From positions 682,001 to 746,000 of the forward strand of contig JAYWIR010000054.1 in the NCBI GenBank assembly GCA_036172245.1: a stretch of DNA of 64,000 nucleotides. Direction: 5' to 3'. This stretch comes from Raillietiella orientalis. Lineage: Eukaryota. Below are positions 12,130 to 24,319 of this stretch, in pieces. The translations under genes and the position numbers were made by a program. A model generated the notes under the pieces. It was not told the origin of the DNA, searched no databases, and saw only the letters and a program-made list of their open reading frames with translations. The stretch's first letter is position 1. Every line of letters starts with the position of its first letter.

Positions 12130-13200
12130 AAAACAGAATGCAAAAAATTGGGAGGGTTAGGGAAGGGATCGTCGTCCGCTGGAGGGCGTCCTTCCCATCC
12201 TCTCCAGAATGCCTTCAAGTTCCATCCCAGTATGCCCCAGGTAAAACTACCCTGCTGCCATTCTCAGGAAGCGCAGGGAGGAGCAGGTGACGTCCCCATC
12301 ATGCTGTCCTCAGCTGCAGGAAGCCACGACCCCATATAGGCAGTGAAGAGCTTCTGGGGATGCTGCAGGTGACTGAGCATCGCGCACGAAGAGGCGCTTC
12401 CACAAATCCCTGAGATTGTCCGTCGGCGCACCAAGGGCCGTTGCGTAACGCAGACACAGGGGTCAGAGGGCAACACATTCCACGAGCAGGTGTGGGAGCT
12501 GGGACTTCCGTTCCTCACACCTGAAACAGTCCGGGTCCACAGTCCCCCGGGTTTAGTCAGATCAACGGGCGTCGCACGGGGGACCCCAGTGCAACAACAG
12601 AAGTACCGACTCCTGCCACTTCAGGGGGAAGTTCCTGTTCTTCTTCAGCGCTAGAGGGACCACTCGAGGTCTTCCCATGGGATACCGAGCAGCTCACCCC
12701 AGAGCAATAATCCTTTCGGTGGAGCGCTTGTGATGGCAGCGTCCGTGAGCTGGCCCGTAGTCCAACCACCTAATCCCTTCTTCCTTCCTTCCTTTTTTCT
12801 TTCTTCTTTCCTTCTTCCTTCTTTCAGAACTCACCTCCCATTTGTCCGGCAGTTCTAAGAGGATGCCGATGAGCTCCCCAGCGGTGACTGAGATTGAGAA
12901 GTATTGAGAAGACCATATATATATATATAAAAAGGAACAGTTATAATAAACCAATGGTGATGGCCGCACGCATTGCACGGGAATCATCATCATCAGCACC
13001 GATTGCTGACCACTGAGGGGAAAGAAAGAGCTCTCCTGACCACTAAGGGCACCTCCAGCTCCTCAGGTGGAATGCTGAAGAGCTCACCACAGTGCGAAGA
13101 AGTCCTCTGGGAAGATTCTTTGCTTGTTGCTAAATCAGCAACCTGCCGCTCAGTCCGGCAACCTGGGGCTTTCCTGTGAACCCCCACCTTGCCGGGGAAG
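12130..13200 (-). mobile_element. Two decayed family A-related ORF2 3' fragments (~12130-12760 and ~12950-13200)
   Basis: Minus-strand CTGGGGTCCCCCGTGCGACGCCCG (WG.PC.AR-like) and VADLAT..GELFSIPPEELEVP. Confidence 0.6.
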
Positions 13201-13479
13201 ACTGACGCCATGAATGTCGTAAACGGCGAAGGAGGTGGCCGTCGGGCAGGTCAGCTTGCTCAGCTCACATGCCCTCCGCCTCCTCTGTTCTTCCGACGTT
13301 TCTGTGGAATTAGCTCACGTCTGGTAGCTCCATCAGGCGATGAACTTGGGCGACCCTCGAGAGTGGGTTGGCATCAAGGTATAGTCATGGCTTGCTTGTT
13401 CCTGTTTCGGAAAGTAGATGACTTGAAGTCACCGTAGTTGTCAAGGACTCCATCCGTTTCACTGAGTTGCTTGCTTGGG

Positions 13480-14132
13480 CTTGCTGGTTCATCCTAAGGT
13501 CGCTACTGGCCTTAGGATGATGGAAATCCTTTCTTTTCTGTCTTCGCAGTTCTTGGACACGGTTCCACGCCACCCGAAGGTGGATAATTCTTCAAGATAG
13601 GGGGTACCCCGGGAGAGTCCGCCCTATGAATCCAGGAAGGAGTCGGAGTCCGTTCCTCTCACGCCTGGGGAGGGATCCCCGGAAATGGAGATTACCTCCA
13701 CCTTGGTTGTCTGTGAAAGGGAATCTCGAGGGGTATCTCCTTCCTTATTCTCTCCGGGGGATCCCGGAGGGACGCTCCATTTTTTCTTCTCTGAAGGGAA
13801 CCCGGAAAGGATCTGATCCTGGAATTTCTTCTCCAGAGGGATCCCTCGCAATGGATCCGCTCCTGTTTACTCCTCTGAAGAGAACCCCGAAGGGACGTTT
13901 CCGAATTTCGGAAGGGCGCTGCTTTCCCCGAAGGTATCGGCTCGCTTCTCTGCACTCTCTGGAGAGATGGTGGCGACACACCTTCTCCATCAGTACGACT
14001 TGGAGGGTCGCCCCGGGATGGGGGGTTCGCTCCTTCACAACCGGAGGGAGTTCCCACTCCGTGATTCCTGGAAGGACCCGGGGATCGACTCCCATTTGTC
14101 CCGGCCCTCATCGGGGCATCCGGTTTCAACTG
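13480..14132 (+). mobile_element. Family B 3' block
   Basis: CCCTATGAATCCAGGAAGG…GTGATTCCTGGAAGGACCCGG…GGGGCATCCGGTTTC. Confidence 0.75.
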
Positions 14133-14300
14133 CTACCAGTGCCGCACTTGGATGAATGTAAGCCGACCAGCGTCATCTTACGGGGTGAATTCGAAACCAA
14201 CGACGCACTGCGTCGATTCAGTTCGGAGTATTCGCACCCACGACGCTTGGTGGTGCCACGCGCAGAGACCACCGCAACCACACGGCCTGCGACGCGGGCT
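14133..14300 (-). mobile_element. tRNA-derived SINE-like unit
   Basis: Minus-strand GTGGTTGCGGTGGTCTCTGCGCGTGGCACCACCAAGCGTCGTGGGTGCGAATAC plus the shared body. Confidence 0.7.
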
Positions 14301-15369
14301 GTGGCTCTCAAAGTTTCACCAAATAGGACAGCGCATGAAGCCCAAGGGAATGTGGTAAGGAAGAGGTATTTTTTGATTTTACATACTGTTAATTTAATTG
14401 TTAAAGAATGGTTAATTTTAGTAAGGGTCGTGGGTTTATGAGTGGAATGTAGTATGAAGGGAATGTTAATGGATAAAAAAAGTTTAGATGTGTAGATAGA
14501 ATTTTATGCTGTGGTAATGTTCAATTATAGACTTATTTTGGGAATAAGTTTGATTATTACGTATTGTTTGTTTTAATATGGATTAGATGAATTTTGCTGC
14601 AAGAGACAAGAAAGCTCTTCATTCATCCTCTGCGAAATTCGAGAAGTTTGGTGATTGCAGATGGGAAGTGCTGCGAAATTCGTCAATCGAAAAGTTCCTC
14701 CAGTCGCTTGTTTCTAAGTGTGAAATGTCTCACAGGCAGTTCATTCCCTCCTTCTCTGCGGTTAACTGGTGCTTCGTGGCATGGTGCTTACTAAATGTCG
14801 TGACATACAGGTTTCTTTAAGACGCTCCTGAACAATCCTTGCAACCACTGTTTGCCTGTCAAGCTGAAGAAGCCATCAGTAGCAGTCGAGGTATCTATTC
14901 GGCAACTCACGTGCTTGCGCAAGGAGCCAGCTGCGGAAAAGACAACCTTTCTTGCAAGTAAATGGAGCAAAGAGCAATTGGGAAAGATTTACCGCAAAAG
15001 CTGGTGGTTTATGAGGCCGGATGCCTGCCTGGAAGGTGGGAACTGTCGTCCGATGTGTTGCATGCACAGTTTCAGTCAGAATGCAAAAGTGTGCTGCCAG
15101 TCGTTTGCAGAGATCTTCCAAATGCAACGTTCACAACAAGCGCCTCAAACGTTGATGGTCCAGCGCCAAGTTGCGTTCCAGAGACTAAAATGGCCGTTGT
15201 TGATTAGCATAAAAGGAGCATCTTCTTATCAAGCAGCATTTTCTGAACATGTAAATCAACGAGTGTCAATGGTTTGCTGTGACCGTCGATGGCTAGAGCA
15301 ATTCCGAGTCCGTGTGGGTGAGCCTCCTCTCCCGGTTGAGCGGAGGCGTTTGATGACCTCGGAGAAAAA

Positions 15370-15900
15370 GGAAAACCAGTCCAAATGCGTGCCGAGTTGC
15401 CGGTACGCGGACCGGCAGAGTCCTCCTCCGCAACAGGGGCAAATGGAAGAATAGAAATAAGCAGAATAGAAATAAGTAAATAAATATCAAAACTGTGAAC
15501 TGTTGGAAGGTTCCGGAAGGGGCCACTGGCTGTTGCGGAGCGTAGGACAGTGGGGGCAAGTTCCATCCAAAGGTCCTTATCGCCGCGATCCACAAGCATC
15601 AAACCGCGAAGTGGATGGACTGCTTCTTCCGGCAGCGCTCCGCGAAGGCGCCGAGCGGCTGCCGACGGCTCGGCTGGCTGCAGCGCATCTCGCACCAAGT
15701 GGCGCTTCAGAACGTCTCTGGGGTTGTCAACGCAGATGCGGAGGACCACGGCAAAACGTTCCCAGACAAGCCGGAGTGCAACACAACCCACGAGAAGGCG
15801 AAGGAAGGACTCCTTTCTTTCCGCACCAGGATGGAACTTTCTAGAGCTGAGTGTACGGGAAGTCCGGATTTTTAATGAGCTGTACACTAATGAATCCCTC
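15370..15900 (-). mobile_element. Family A-related LINE 3' fragment
   Basis: ORF 15204..15956 contains LLVGCVALR..NPRDVLKRHLVRDALQPA. The hairpin GCCGGT-CCGCGT-ACCGGC lies in the UTR. Confidence 0.75.
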
Positions 15901-17849
15901 ATCTGGGAGGAAGCTGCTTCCGTGGGATTCGTATTTCTTGGAATTTGAGGATTCAAGGTCTACGGAGTTACTGTAGCCCCCCGAAGTCCAACTGGAGCAG
16001 AGGTGCTGTCCTGCCGGCATCACGGTAAGCGCTATTTGCACCCATCAAGCGCACGCAACGTGACTCAGCACGTACAGATCCTATAGTTGGAAAGTTTTCC
16101 AGTTCCATTCCATCACCCTGACAACGCACTGGAAACCACGAAATCCGGACGGATTAAGAACTTGCTTCTCAAGCAACCTAGCGGAAGCGCGAAGGGCAGC
16201 TCAAAACTTTGGGAAAATTCAGGATTTCTTAAGGAAATGGGGTCTGGGATTCGGACGGGATCGCAAAAATCTTAACTATCGGGCTGCAGGGCCATGACAT
16301 TCGGTCGCGCGTGCTTCCGTACTTCTTATTTGTGGGCTTTCCGCTTATCTGTTCGCCAGCAGCTGCCATACTTTCCAGTGACCACAACAGCATGAAGAGA
16401 TCAACGCAGCTGTTCCTGAACCGCACTGCCAGTAGGAGCTGACTCCTACTGGCAATGCACCCAAAAGAATGCAACCCAATGCTCGCTTTGGGGCGCATTC
16501 TGCATAAAGCAACACTCTCTGAATCGGGAATCACAATATACCTCGCATTTCATCTCATCCCATCTTTGCAAGCATCAGCTATTGTCATTCAATAGTTCGA
16601 GGCAATGTTTAGCATGCTTTTCACTCCAGAACAGTACAACAGGAATTGCTTGGATCATTACATCCGTACAGAACGGTCAAGGAGGGATTGGGCTTCCAAG
16701 GACAGAGAGCTTGAAGTATTGGCGTCTGCGTCTCCTATTAATGCATTTTGCTATGCAAAGTAGAAAATCACCATTAGATGATCGTGGAATCGAAAATGCA
16801 ACTGGTGACTGCAAGTTAAACGTGACCGAGAATTGGGCTTCTCGAATCCTCGAGGAAATAACGGAGCTACGAACCAGATCGATATGCATCATTAAAAGAT
16901 ATTTAATCCATTTCGTTTTGGAATTAATAAGGAAAGCCGTTTATTACTTTTTGCTGTCGACTCCTCGTAATCTCCTGAATTTCACAATTGCTTGAGAGGA
17001 GGGAGGGAAAAGAAAGTGAAGAAGAAAAGGTGAGTACAACTCACGGGTCGCATTCAACATGCGGTCACCAGCTGCATTTCCAAATGCCAGTCCTCCTCCC
17101 CTTTAAAAATTCCTATGTTTTTCTACGTCCATTTGATGATGAGAAATCCATTCCATTAATCCCTAGACCCTGTTACTCAACTGTAGTTCCTTGATGTGAA
17201 ATCTTGCTTGCTCTTCACTTCATCTTTCTCTTGCCAAACCTACGCTGTTTCATCTGGGGTTACCTAATTCCACGAGGAAGATGGTTAAAAGTTGTTTCAA
17301 GATAGTAAATCCAGCTGTGGAGTCTTACATGTTTCCTGTAAATGATCCGATAAGTCCTTCAAGTTAGATATGAAGAGCTGTTCGTGCAGCTCCGATCTAT
17401 ATACTTTTTTTTTTTTTTTAATGTCATGTTTCGCCATACCGCCGGTTGCTTAGCAATCGCTCGAGTATATGAAAACACTTGCTACCACGTATCATTGCCT
17501 AACGTTAGATCCGTGAAAGCTCTCGGGACGTTCTGAAATTCATCGGACCGCCTCAACGAATAAAATCTGCATCCCAAGTCTATCACTTCCTGGAGAGTTG
17601 CCTTATGGGTCGTTGTTTTCGAATGACGTCGACTGGGCTCCTTTCGGCTCTGGCCTCTCGAAGCGCCGCTGAGAGTCCTTCTGACGCCAATTCAGTTCTC
17701 CTTCGACAGAGAGATCCGGAAAAGTGGCAAGCACACAGCGGTTGTCATTCCTTCCTTCTCTATGCAGTCAGGGAAAGCGAAAAATTCGCAATGGATCTCT
17801 GCGTCTCTTGTTTTAGTGATGGCGCACCATTGGAAACTGTTTCTGCTGT

Positions 17850-19300
17850 TTCTCACCCGGGTGCGCCGGGGCGTTTATTATGAAACTATCCAGGAACAAA
17901 GTCCCCGGACAAAGGGTGCAGAAAAACGTAGGGAGAAAACCCCGACACGCAGATCGGTAAAACTGAAAGTCCGGAACGGGAGAGAGGGGATCACAACTAG
18001 ATGTATCAAAAAATATACATAAAAACATGGGGAAGCTGGGGACAGGGTCTTTGGTTTAGACCGTTCCTTCTTTTCAGAACCGGAGTTGCATGCCGGAAAT
18101 CTCCTTCCTACAGTCTTCTGGAAGATGATGCCACCCGGCAACCGACGTTCTTGTCGGCTATTCCAGTGGCCTTCCGACTGTCGAATCGCCTGGGTCTCCA
18201 GCTCTCGGTGGGTTTTGTCGATGGCGCGGGTGCAACAGACCGTTGCGATGACAGCACCTAACGACAGGCCGCCTGGCGTGAAGAAACGGCGAAACAAATC
18301 CCTTGCGGTGTCCCTCTGGTGCAGGAGAGCTGAGACCAGCCTCCGCCACAGTCCTAGGAGGACACCGCAGTAGAAAAGCAGGTGCAGGAGCGTTTCCACT
18401 TCTCTGCACCTTTTGCAATTCGGGGAGACAACTCCCCCGGAAACAAGATTCGCGCGCTAGTTTCAATGGAAGCCCCAATGCACCAGCAGGATGACGTCCT
18501 GTTTCCAAAGCAGGGGGAGCACTGAGGTGTTCACGCACGAAGGGGGGACTACAAGTTCTTCGGGGGCCACATTGAGAAGTTCATTCCACCGAAGCAGTCC
18601 TTTAGGAATGTTGCGAGGCGTGGCGGCGTCTGCCAGCTCGCCAGTCCCCCAGCCGCCCATGGGTCGGGTTGCACCTACGATCGTGCAGGAGACCTCCCAC
18701 CTTGCCGGTAAGCAACTGTTTCTTCTTGCCCTTAGGGCAGATAGAGCCGCGGCAAGAGGCGTGAGGGCCAGGTTCGTCCATTTGACCTGGTCTAGCATCA
18801 CATCTTCCAATGGAAGATAAGGGGAAAGGTGCACGCAACGAAGTTCGATTAGCAGCACTTTTTGATGCCTCGCCCAGGACGATTACGCTTCCTGCTGCCT
18901 GGCGTTAAAGTTCGTCCTCGGTTGGCGTCGCTCTACACCACCAAGATCTTGCGGGGGCTGCGATTGGCTGCAGGGCGTCCCTCACAAAGAGGAGTCGCAC
19001 AACGTCCCTGGGGTTGCCTCCGGGGGGTTCCAAGGGTAGCAGCCAAGTGTTCCCGAAGGGGTCGAAGGGCAACACAGCCCGCGAGCAGGTGCGGGAGGGA
19101 TCTCTGCTCCCCGCACCTGCCACAGTCCTAGCTCACCTTCCCCAGCATCCGGTGGTGTCAGTGTGCGATGAAGGGGGAAACCCAAAGAGCTTCCATCATT
19201 TTCGGTTGCGAGGAAGATAGGACGCTGGTCCCTAGCAACCAACCGCTCGCTGGAGAATGTAGGAAGCGCGGAGACACCTCTGCTGGTTCCATGCTCTTGT
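17850..19300 (-). mobile_element. Two family A LINE 3' fragments (~17850-18860 and ~18900-19300)
   Basis: RWEVSC..GWGTGELADAATPRNIPKGLLRWNELL..LVHWG, ETLLHLLFYC and GNPRDVVRLLFVRDAL. The terminal motif is at ~17854-17879. Confidence 0.85.
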
Positions 19301-19499
19301 CATCAGGACGAATCTTCGAAAGTGGAACGGCAGCTCCATCTTTTTCCATGTTAAGTCCAGAAGGAAAGGGAGACGCTGGGACTACTCTAGCCAGTTTCTG
19401 TTGTCGGAACGCGCCGCAATTTGTGCCCCTCCTCCTACGTGTCTTGACTTTTGTTTGTGCTCCGCCCTATGAGGGGGAAAGAGAAGGCAGGGACTTCCC

Positions 19500-19840
19500 T
19501 AGAAAGCCCTGCGGGGGAGGCACGAAGAGGTCCTGTTGGCTCCGCGTCCCAATGCCGGACTCGGTGTCTTGACCCTGGAGATACCGGAAACGCGGGAGCA
19601 CCTCCTCAGACCGTCGCTGATAGCCCGCCAGAGGAGCCGACACCGGCGTGTGCCCTCACGCAGCTTGATTAGGCCCGCGCCCGACTGCGAGGTAGCAGCA
19701 TCTCTCGTCTCCCGTAACCGCAACCGGTCGGAGGACTTGGAGCCGCTCTGCTGCCCTTCGATCTTCGCAGGAAGGCCAAGAGCGAAGTCCGTCCTGCTGC
19801 GGACACGCTTAGATGCACTCAGCCCCTGAATTACAAAGCG
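19500..19840 (-). mobile_element. Decayed APE-endonuclease N-terminus of an L1/Tx1-like element
   Basis: QGLSASKRVR resembles N..GL….KR, and a later LIKLRE may be a degraded LQET motif. Confidence 0.35.
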
Positions 19841-22249
19841 GAAGCAGCCCGAAGTTACCAATGCATGCTCACGTGTCTCGGTCCAGTCCGGACATTTGTG
19901 TATTTAATTTCTGGGCAGGGCACATATACTTATTTTTATTGTTTGTGTATTTATTTTTAATAACCTGGACAATATATGTTAACTCTTTGAGTGATGTGGA
20001 CGCATATATGTGTTTGGCAAATGTTTTTTCCCTTGTACACGCGACATTAGTCAACAGTATCCACGTTTGAAATGGACCACACACTTACGTTCCTATAGTT
20101 TCCTTAGCAACGGCAGTAAACAAAATTCTAATTATATCGCCTAACTGTTCTCGGTTTCTCTCGGTGTCGTACAGAATTTATTGTATGGTATTTCACCTCT
20201 GTGATATCCTAAAAATGTGAATGGTTTTTTCAAATTATAACGATCGATTTGAAATAAATAACGTATGTGTTTCGGAGAAAACAAACGATTCTATCCAATG
20301 TGGTGTGAATAAACAATTACAATGGCAAATTGAATCAGCACTTTAGAAAGTCGGTCGGTACCTCTGATAGAGCGCGCGAAAGAGCGTTCGGTCCACGGAG
20401 GTCGCGGCTGCGACCTGCGTGCCGTCGACGCAGAAGAGTTTCAATCTGATGAGCTCCGCATCCAAAAGGTTCATGTAAACATTAGTATATATATATGTAA
20501 ATTTATATATAAATATAGATTAAGCATATGTATTTATTTGTAAGGTCTTTCGGGGTTCAGATCGGCAGCGATGTAAAGAATTCTATAGTTTCAGTTCCCT
20601 CGATCTCGTTCTTGAGCAGTTCCATTCACGAAAATGAAACAGAATGAAACAAATTCGTTTGAATAAAACAGAGCCCAACCTACTTAAGCTGTGTTCGTGT
20701 TCTTTTCGAAAACAGATGAATTCGCTCTGTACAGCAAAACTGAAATGCATCCACATAGAGTTGTATGGTTTGATTTACCACGCTGTACGGGAATAACTGT
20801 CGGCCTTTTTTTTTGTCGCGTTGTATGAATCCGTGTTATACAAGGGTCCGCGATATCTCAAGGTTTGAAGGGGAACAGGTCATCGATTCTCCATCACTTT
20901 CTTTTTGAATTTCACTTGGAGAAAGAGGAAGATTCATTTGGATGTGTCCATATTGTGATGTTTTTAGTGGATCCAAGTGGCTATGTTTCGCTAGGATCGA
21001 GTCCTCCTTGGGGATGAGTTTCTGGATCTGAGCAACGGGACCCTCTGCAATCGCTTCTCCCTGAAGTGCGCCTCCCAGAAGTCCTCCATTCGAGGGATGA
21101 AGGCGAGGATGGGAAGCAAATTGTTCCTTTTGCATTCGCATTCACAGGAAAACGCAGAGCTTTTGGCACGAGGAGCAATCGTGGATCCACGACAACCGCA
21201 GATCGTTATAACGATCCAATAAGCCATGCATGGTTTCTTGGACTCCCGCAACCGGCTTCCCTTGTGCCGCGGCATAGGTCGCCTCGCGAGCTACGGAGGA
21301 TCCAGTCCAGCGACGGTCAGCCGGCCCGAAGAGGGTTCCCTTAGGGAACGCAGGCCATTTGCTCATTGCTCGCTCTCTGAGCGCGTGTTCCGCCCCTTCT
21401 TGCGGACCATCCCTGACCAAACAGAAGCTGATGAATCCCGACAGCCTCGAACTTCACCCGGACACCTCGAGGCAGTGGATCGATAATCTTTCTTCCGGGA
21501 TCCAAACGAGATCTGGCTTGCTTGCGATGAGGCGAATGTAGAGAGATCTCCGGAAAAAAAGGTTTTTTCTTGCTTTTCTTGGAAGGGAGGGAAGAAGGGG
21601 GGGGGGAAGGAGGGGAGATGAAGAACAGGTGAAGTTGCATTTTGCCCTCTAATGACCTCTGACCTCCCGAAGGACTACAGAACCACGTCTCGTGCAACTG
21701 CGATTTGGAAGGAGGGAACGAGCACGGTCTTCTCCTTTTGCGTGCATCCATCCTTAGAACTTCTCTGCATTTGGCCCCCCATGTTTTATTGTGGCCACCT
21801 GAAAGTCCGGGAAGCATAGCAGAGCCGCCTCTCCGAATGGGGCCGGACGACCAGCGAAGTTCTCGAGGTAACGTAAAGCGGCTGCCATCATCTCCAGACT
21901 GCACATCCTTGAGGGCGCACAAGGGAGGCTGCGCATCTCCTTCACATGATCGTAGGCGCGCGCGTGCAGGACGGTGTGCGCAGTCACGCGAGCTCGCCAA
22001 GAGCGTGTGTGGAGCGCCTCCCGATCCTTGGCGACAGAGCGCCAGCACCGCGCTCGTTCCGAGCCGTCCATCAGCGTCGGCAAAATCCAACGAGCAACGA
22101 GAATTCATCTCAGGGCGTGAGGAAGGGACAACGGCGTCGGTAAACCGATTGCTGGACACCGGTTGCGGTCGCTGATGGGTTTGCTGGAACCGAGTGGACG
22201 TCTTCGGCACGCGAGAACGCACAGGTCACGCGCTGCCGCGGGAAAGAAC

Positions 22250-22710
22250 CGCACTGACATTGCTTCAAGGTCACTCCACGAAAGACATGGATGTGTTAAC
22301 CCCAGTGGAAGTGAGGTCGGTTCTCTGTGGACTTGTCACACTCCCCATTGCCCAACTCAACTGACGCATGAGCTCCTGGTGCTGCACGCACGACAGCAAA
22401 AGTGAGGGGTCAAGAACGCATCCTTGGGCCATGCGGCCACCGCTTCCAGGAGCAGAGACAGAGGGCGAGGGGTCGCCTTCGGAATATCTCGCTTCCAGGA
22501 AGAATAGCCAGACGCCTGAGATGCTCCAGGATAGAAGAAGGTTGCTATTCTTGTCCAGAGGATGAGACGCTGGCGACCCCTGTCGACACCTCCGAGGCAA
22601 GAAACTGGAAAATCCCGCACCTGCAAGAAGGAGAGCAAGGGTGCGTCCAGCCCGATGGTAAAATTCAACATCAGGAGGTGGATCTCCGATGTCTCTTGCA
22701 CTGCAGACAG
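22250..22710 (-). mobile_element. Decayed non-LTR RT core
   Basis: In order: LLMLNFT..LLSFL..FP, MAQGCVLDPSLL, and TTCGTGGA(G)TGACCTT, which reads FVDDL if one base is removed (~22257-22273). Confidence 0.65.
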
Positions 22711-23696
22711 AAGAAGCGTTGTAGAAAGACGAAAAGAATGCCGAGTACGCTCTCCTTCTCAGTCAGCTGCCAATTCTCACACGCCTCAGTGTCACCAAGG
22801 GCAGACCTCCCCACCCCATCAACAAGGGAGCAACGCAGAAGAATAAGGAACAATCGAAGAAGAAGATCACGGGACAACAGGAGGGAGCAGCAAATGCCTC
22901 TAGAATTCTTGTCCTGCTTTCTCTTTCTCCACATCCACTGAATTCCTCCCCGTTTCCTCCTACCCTGGACACCGAACTACCCACGCACACAACCGCACGC
23001 CTTTTCCTCAAGAGCTTCCCCACTCATCCACCATCAAAGGGGTGTCAGCAGTGCGAGGCCACTAGCCCTCTGCTGACACAGTTAATTCCGAGGTCTCCTC
23101 ACGCTCACACGCGCAACACGCGACAAAGAAGCAGCCACCGAACAAACGCGAAGAGATTCTTCCTTTGGGTCGGGAAGAAGCGTCCGGTGTCAGGGCAGCG
23201 GGAGAAGAGCATGTAGAGCAACTGTCTCCGGGCAAAGATCGCCTTGGCAGGAGGCGAAAGGACAAGCCCGCCATCATCTCGGACATCCGTACGTCCAAGA
23301 TGGTCTCCGTCACTCTATCCGTCTCACCGTTGCTCCTAGAGACGCGAGTGCCGCGGAACAGGTGAGGACGCCAGCGACCCTACGACTCCGGAAGCACAAC
23401 CTCACGACTAGGCGGCTCCCAGTTTGCGCACCGATGGCTGTTATTCTTCAGATGCACGAAACGCTGACGTGATCGGCCCAGCACGCGATGCGACTCGCTT
23501 GCTGCGGAACATCTTTCGGAGCCCTGTCCACTGCTGTCAAGAGGCTGCTGATACACTTCCCGACATCCGCCTTGCGAAAAGTCTTCAAGAACGCAGGCAA
23601 GCATAACCGAGGTCAACTACGCGGGGAAAACGCAACAATCGCAAGAATGGAGCGCGCAGCGTTCTTCCCAAGCGATCGAGTAATAGTGGAATCGCC

Positions 23697-23777
23697 CTGA
23701 GGCGACCACGGAGGTACCTCCCGGCGGTGCATTCTGAGGCGACCACGGAGGTACCTCCCGGCGGTGCATTCTTAGGC
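23697..23777. repeat. Perfect 37-bp tandem duplication
   Basis: CTGAGGCGACCACGGAGGTACCTCCCGGCGGTGCATT occurs twice (23697, 23734), with a partial third start. Confidence 0.95.
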
Positions 23778-24319
23778 AGTCCCAATGGGAAGCAGTGGCT
23801 CCGAGAAAACCATCATCTGCAGTGCACATCTTGCATCAGCAGAAATCTCAGGGTGAAGCTAGCCGGAATCACCGCAAAGATGGTAGAAAACTATGCCCAA
23901 TCGCGAATTTTTTTCTCAGGGTGGTCCCAGCCCATGCGACTGGATCGTGCGCAGAAGACATACCATACTCTTCCGAAGAACTCACCACTGAGACCTCCAG
24001 AGCACCTCCAATCGCTTGAACCTATGAAGAAATACTTTTCTCGAGAGGCGCGACGTCTCATATGGAGCGCCTCGCCGACTCCGCAGCGGCAAAGCTCTAG
24101 TCCCATCGATTCTGCGGGAGAGAACGTTTCGTTCCCAAAGAACAGTCCTGGAATCACATGACCTAGCGCAGCATCCTAGGATCTTTTACAACGTTGACCC
24201 TCCCTCCCTTCGTAGAACAGAGTAGCCGTGTATGGATGTGATGGAGCATCGAAAAAGAGATGAGAAACAGCGTGACAAGCGGCGGGAGGGCATCGTCCTC
24301 AGCTTCTTCCCAGGCAAAC

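Noticed and set aside
14580..17300. Host gene in the ORFs at 14852..15454 and 16582..16995
   Set aside because: No domain or splice structure. The region is interrupted by a LINE fragment and is probably old TE sequence, but the motifs were too weak to call.
21700..22250. A third captured gene fragment (CpG-rich, possible minus-strand acceptor ACTTTCAG at ~21800)
   Set aside because: I could not build a convincing exon-intron chain or recognise the protein, so it is left unannotated.
23697..23777. 37-bp palindromic repeat as a CRISPR array
   Set aside because: The units are directly adjacent with no spacers, there are no cas genes, and the context is eukaryotic.
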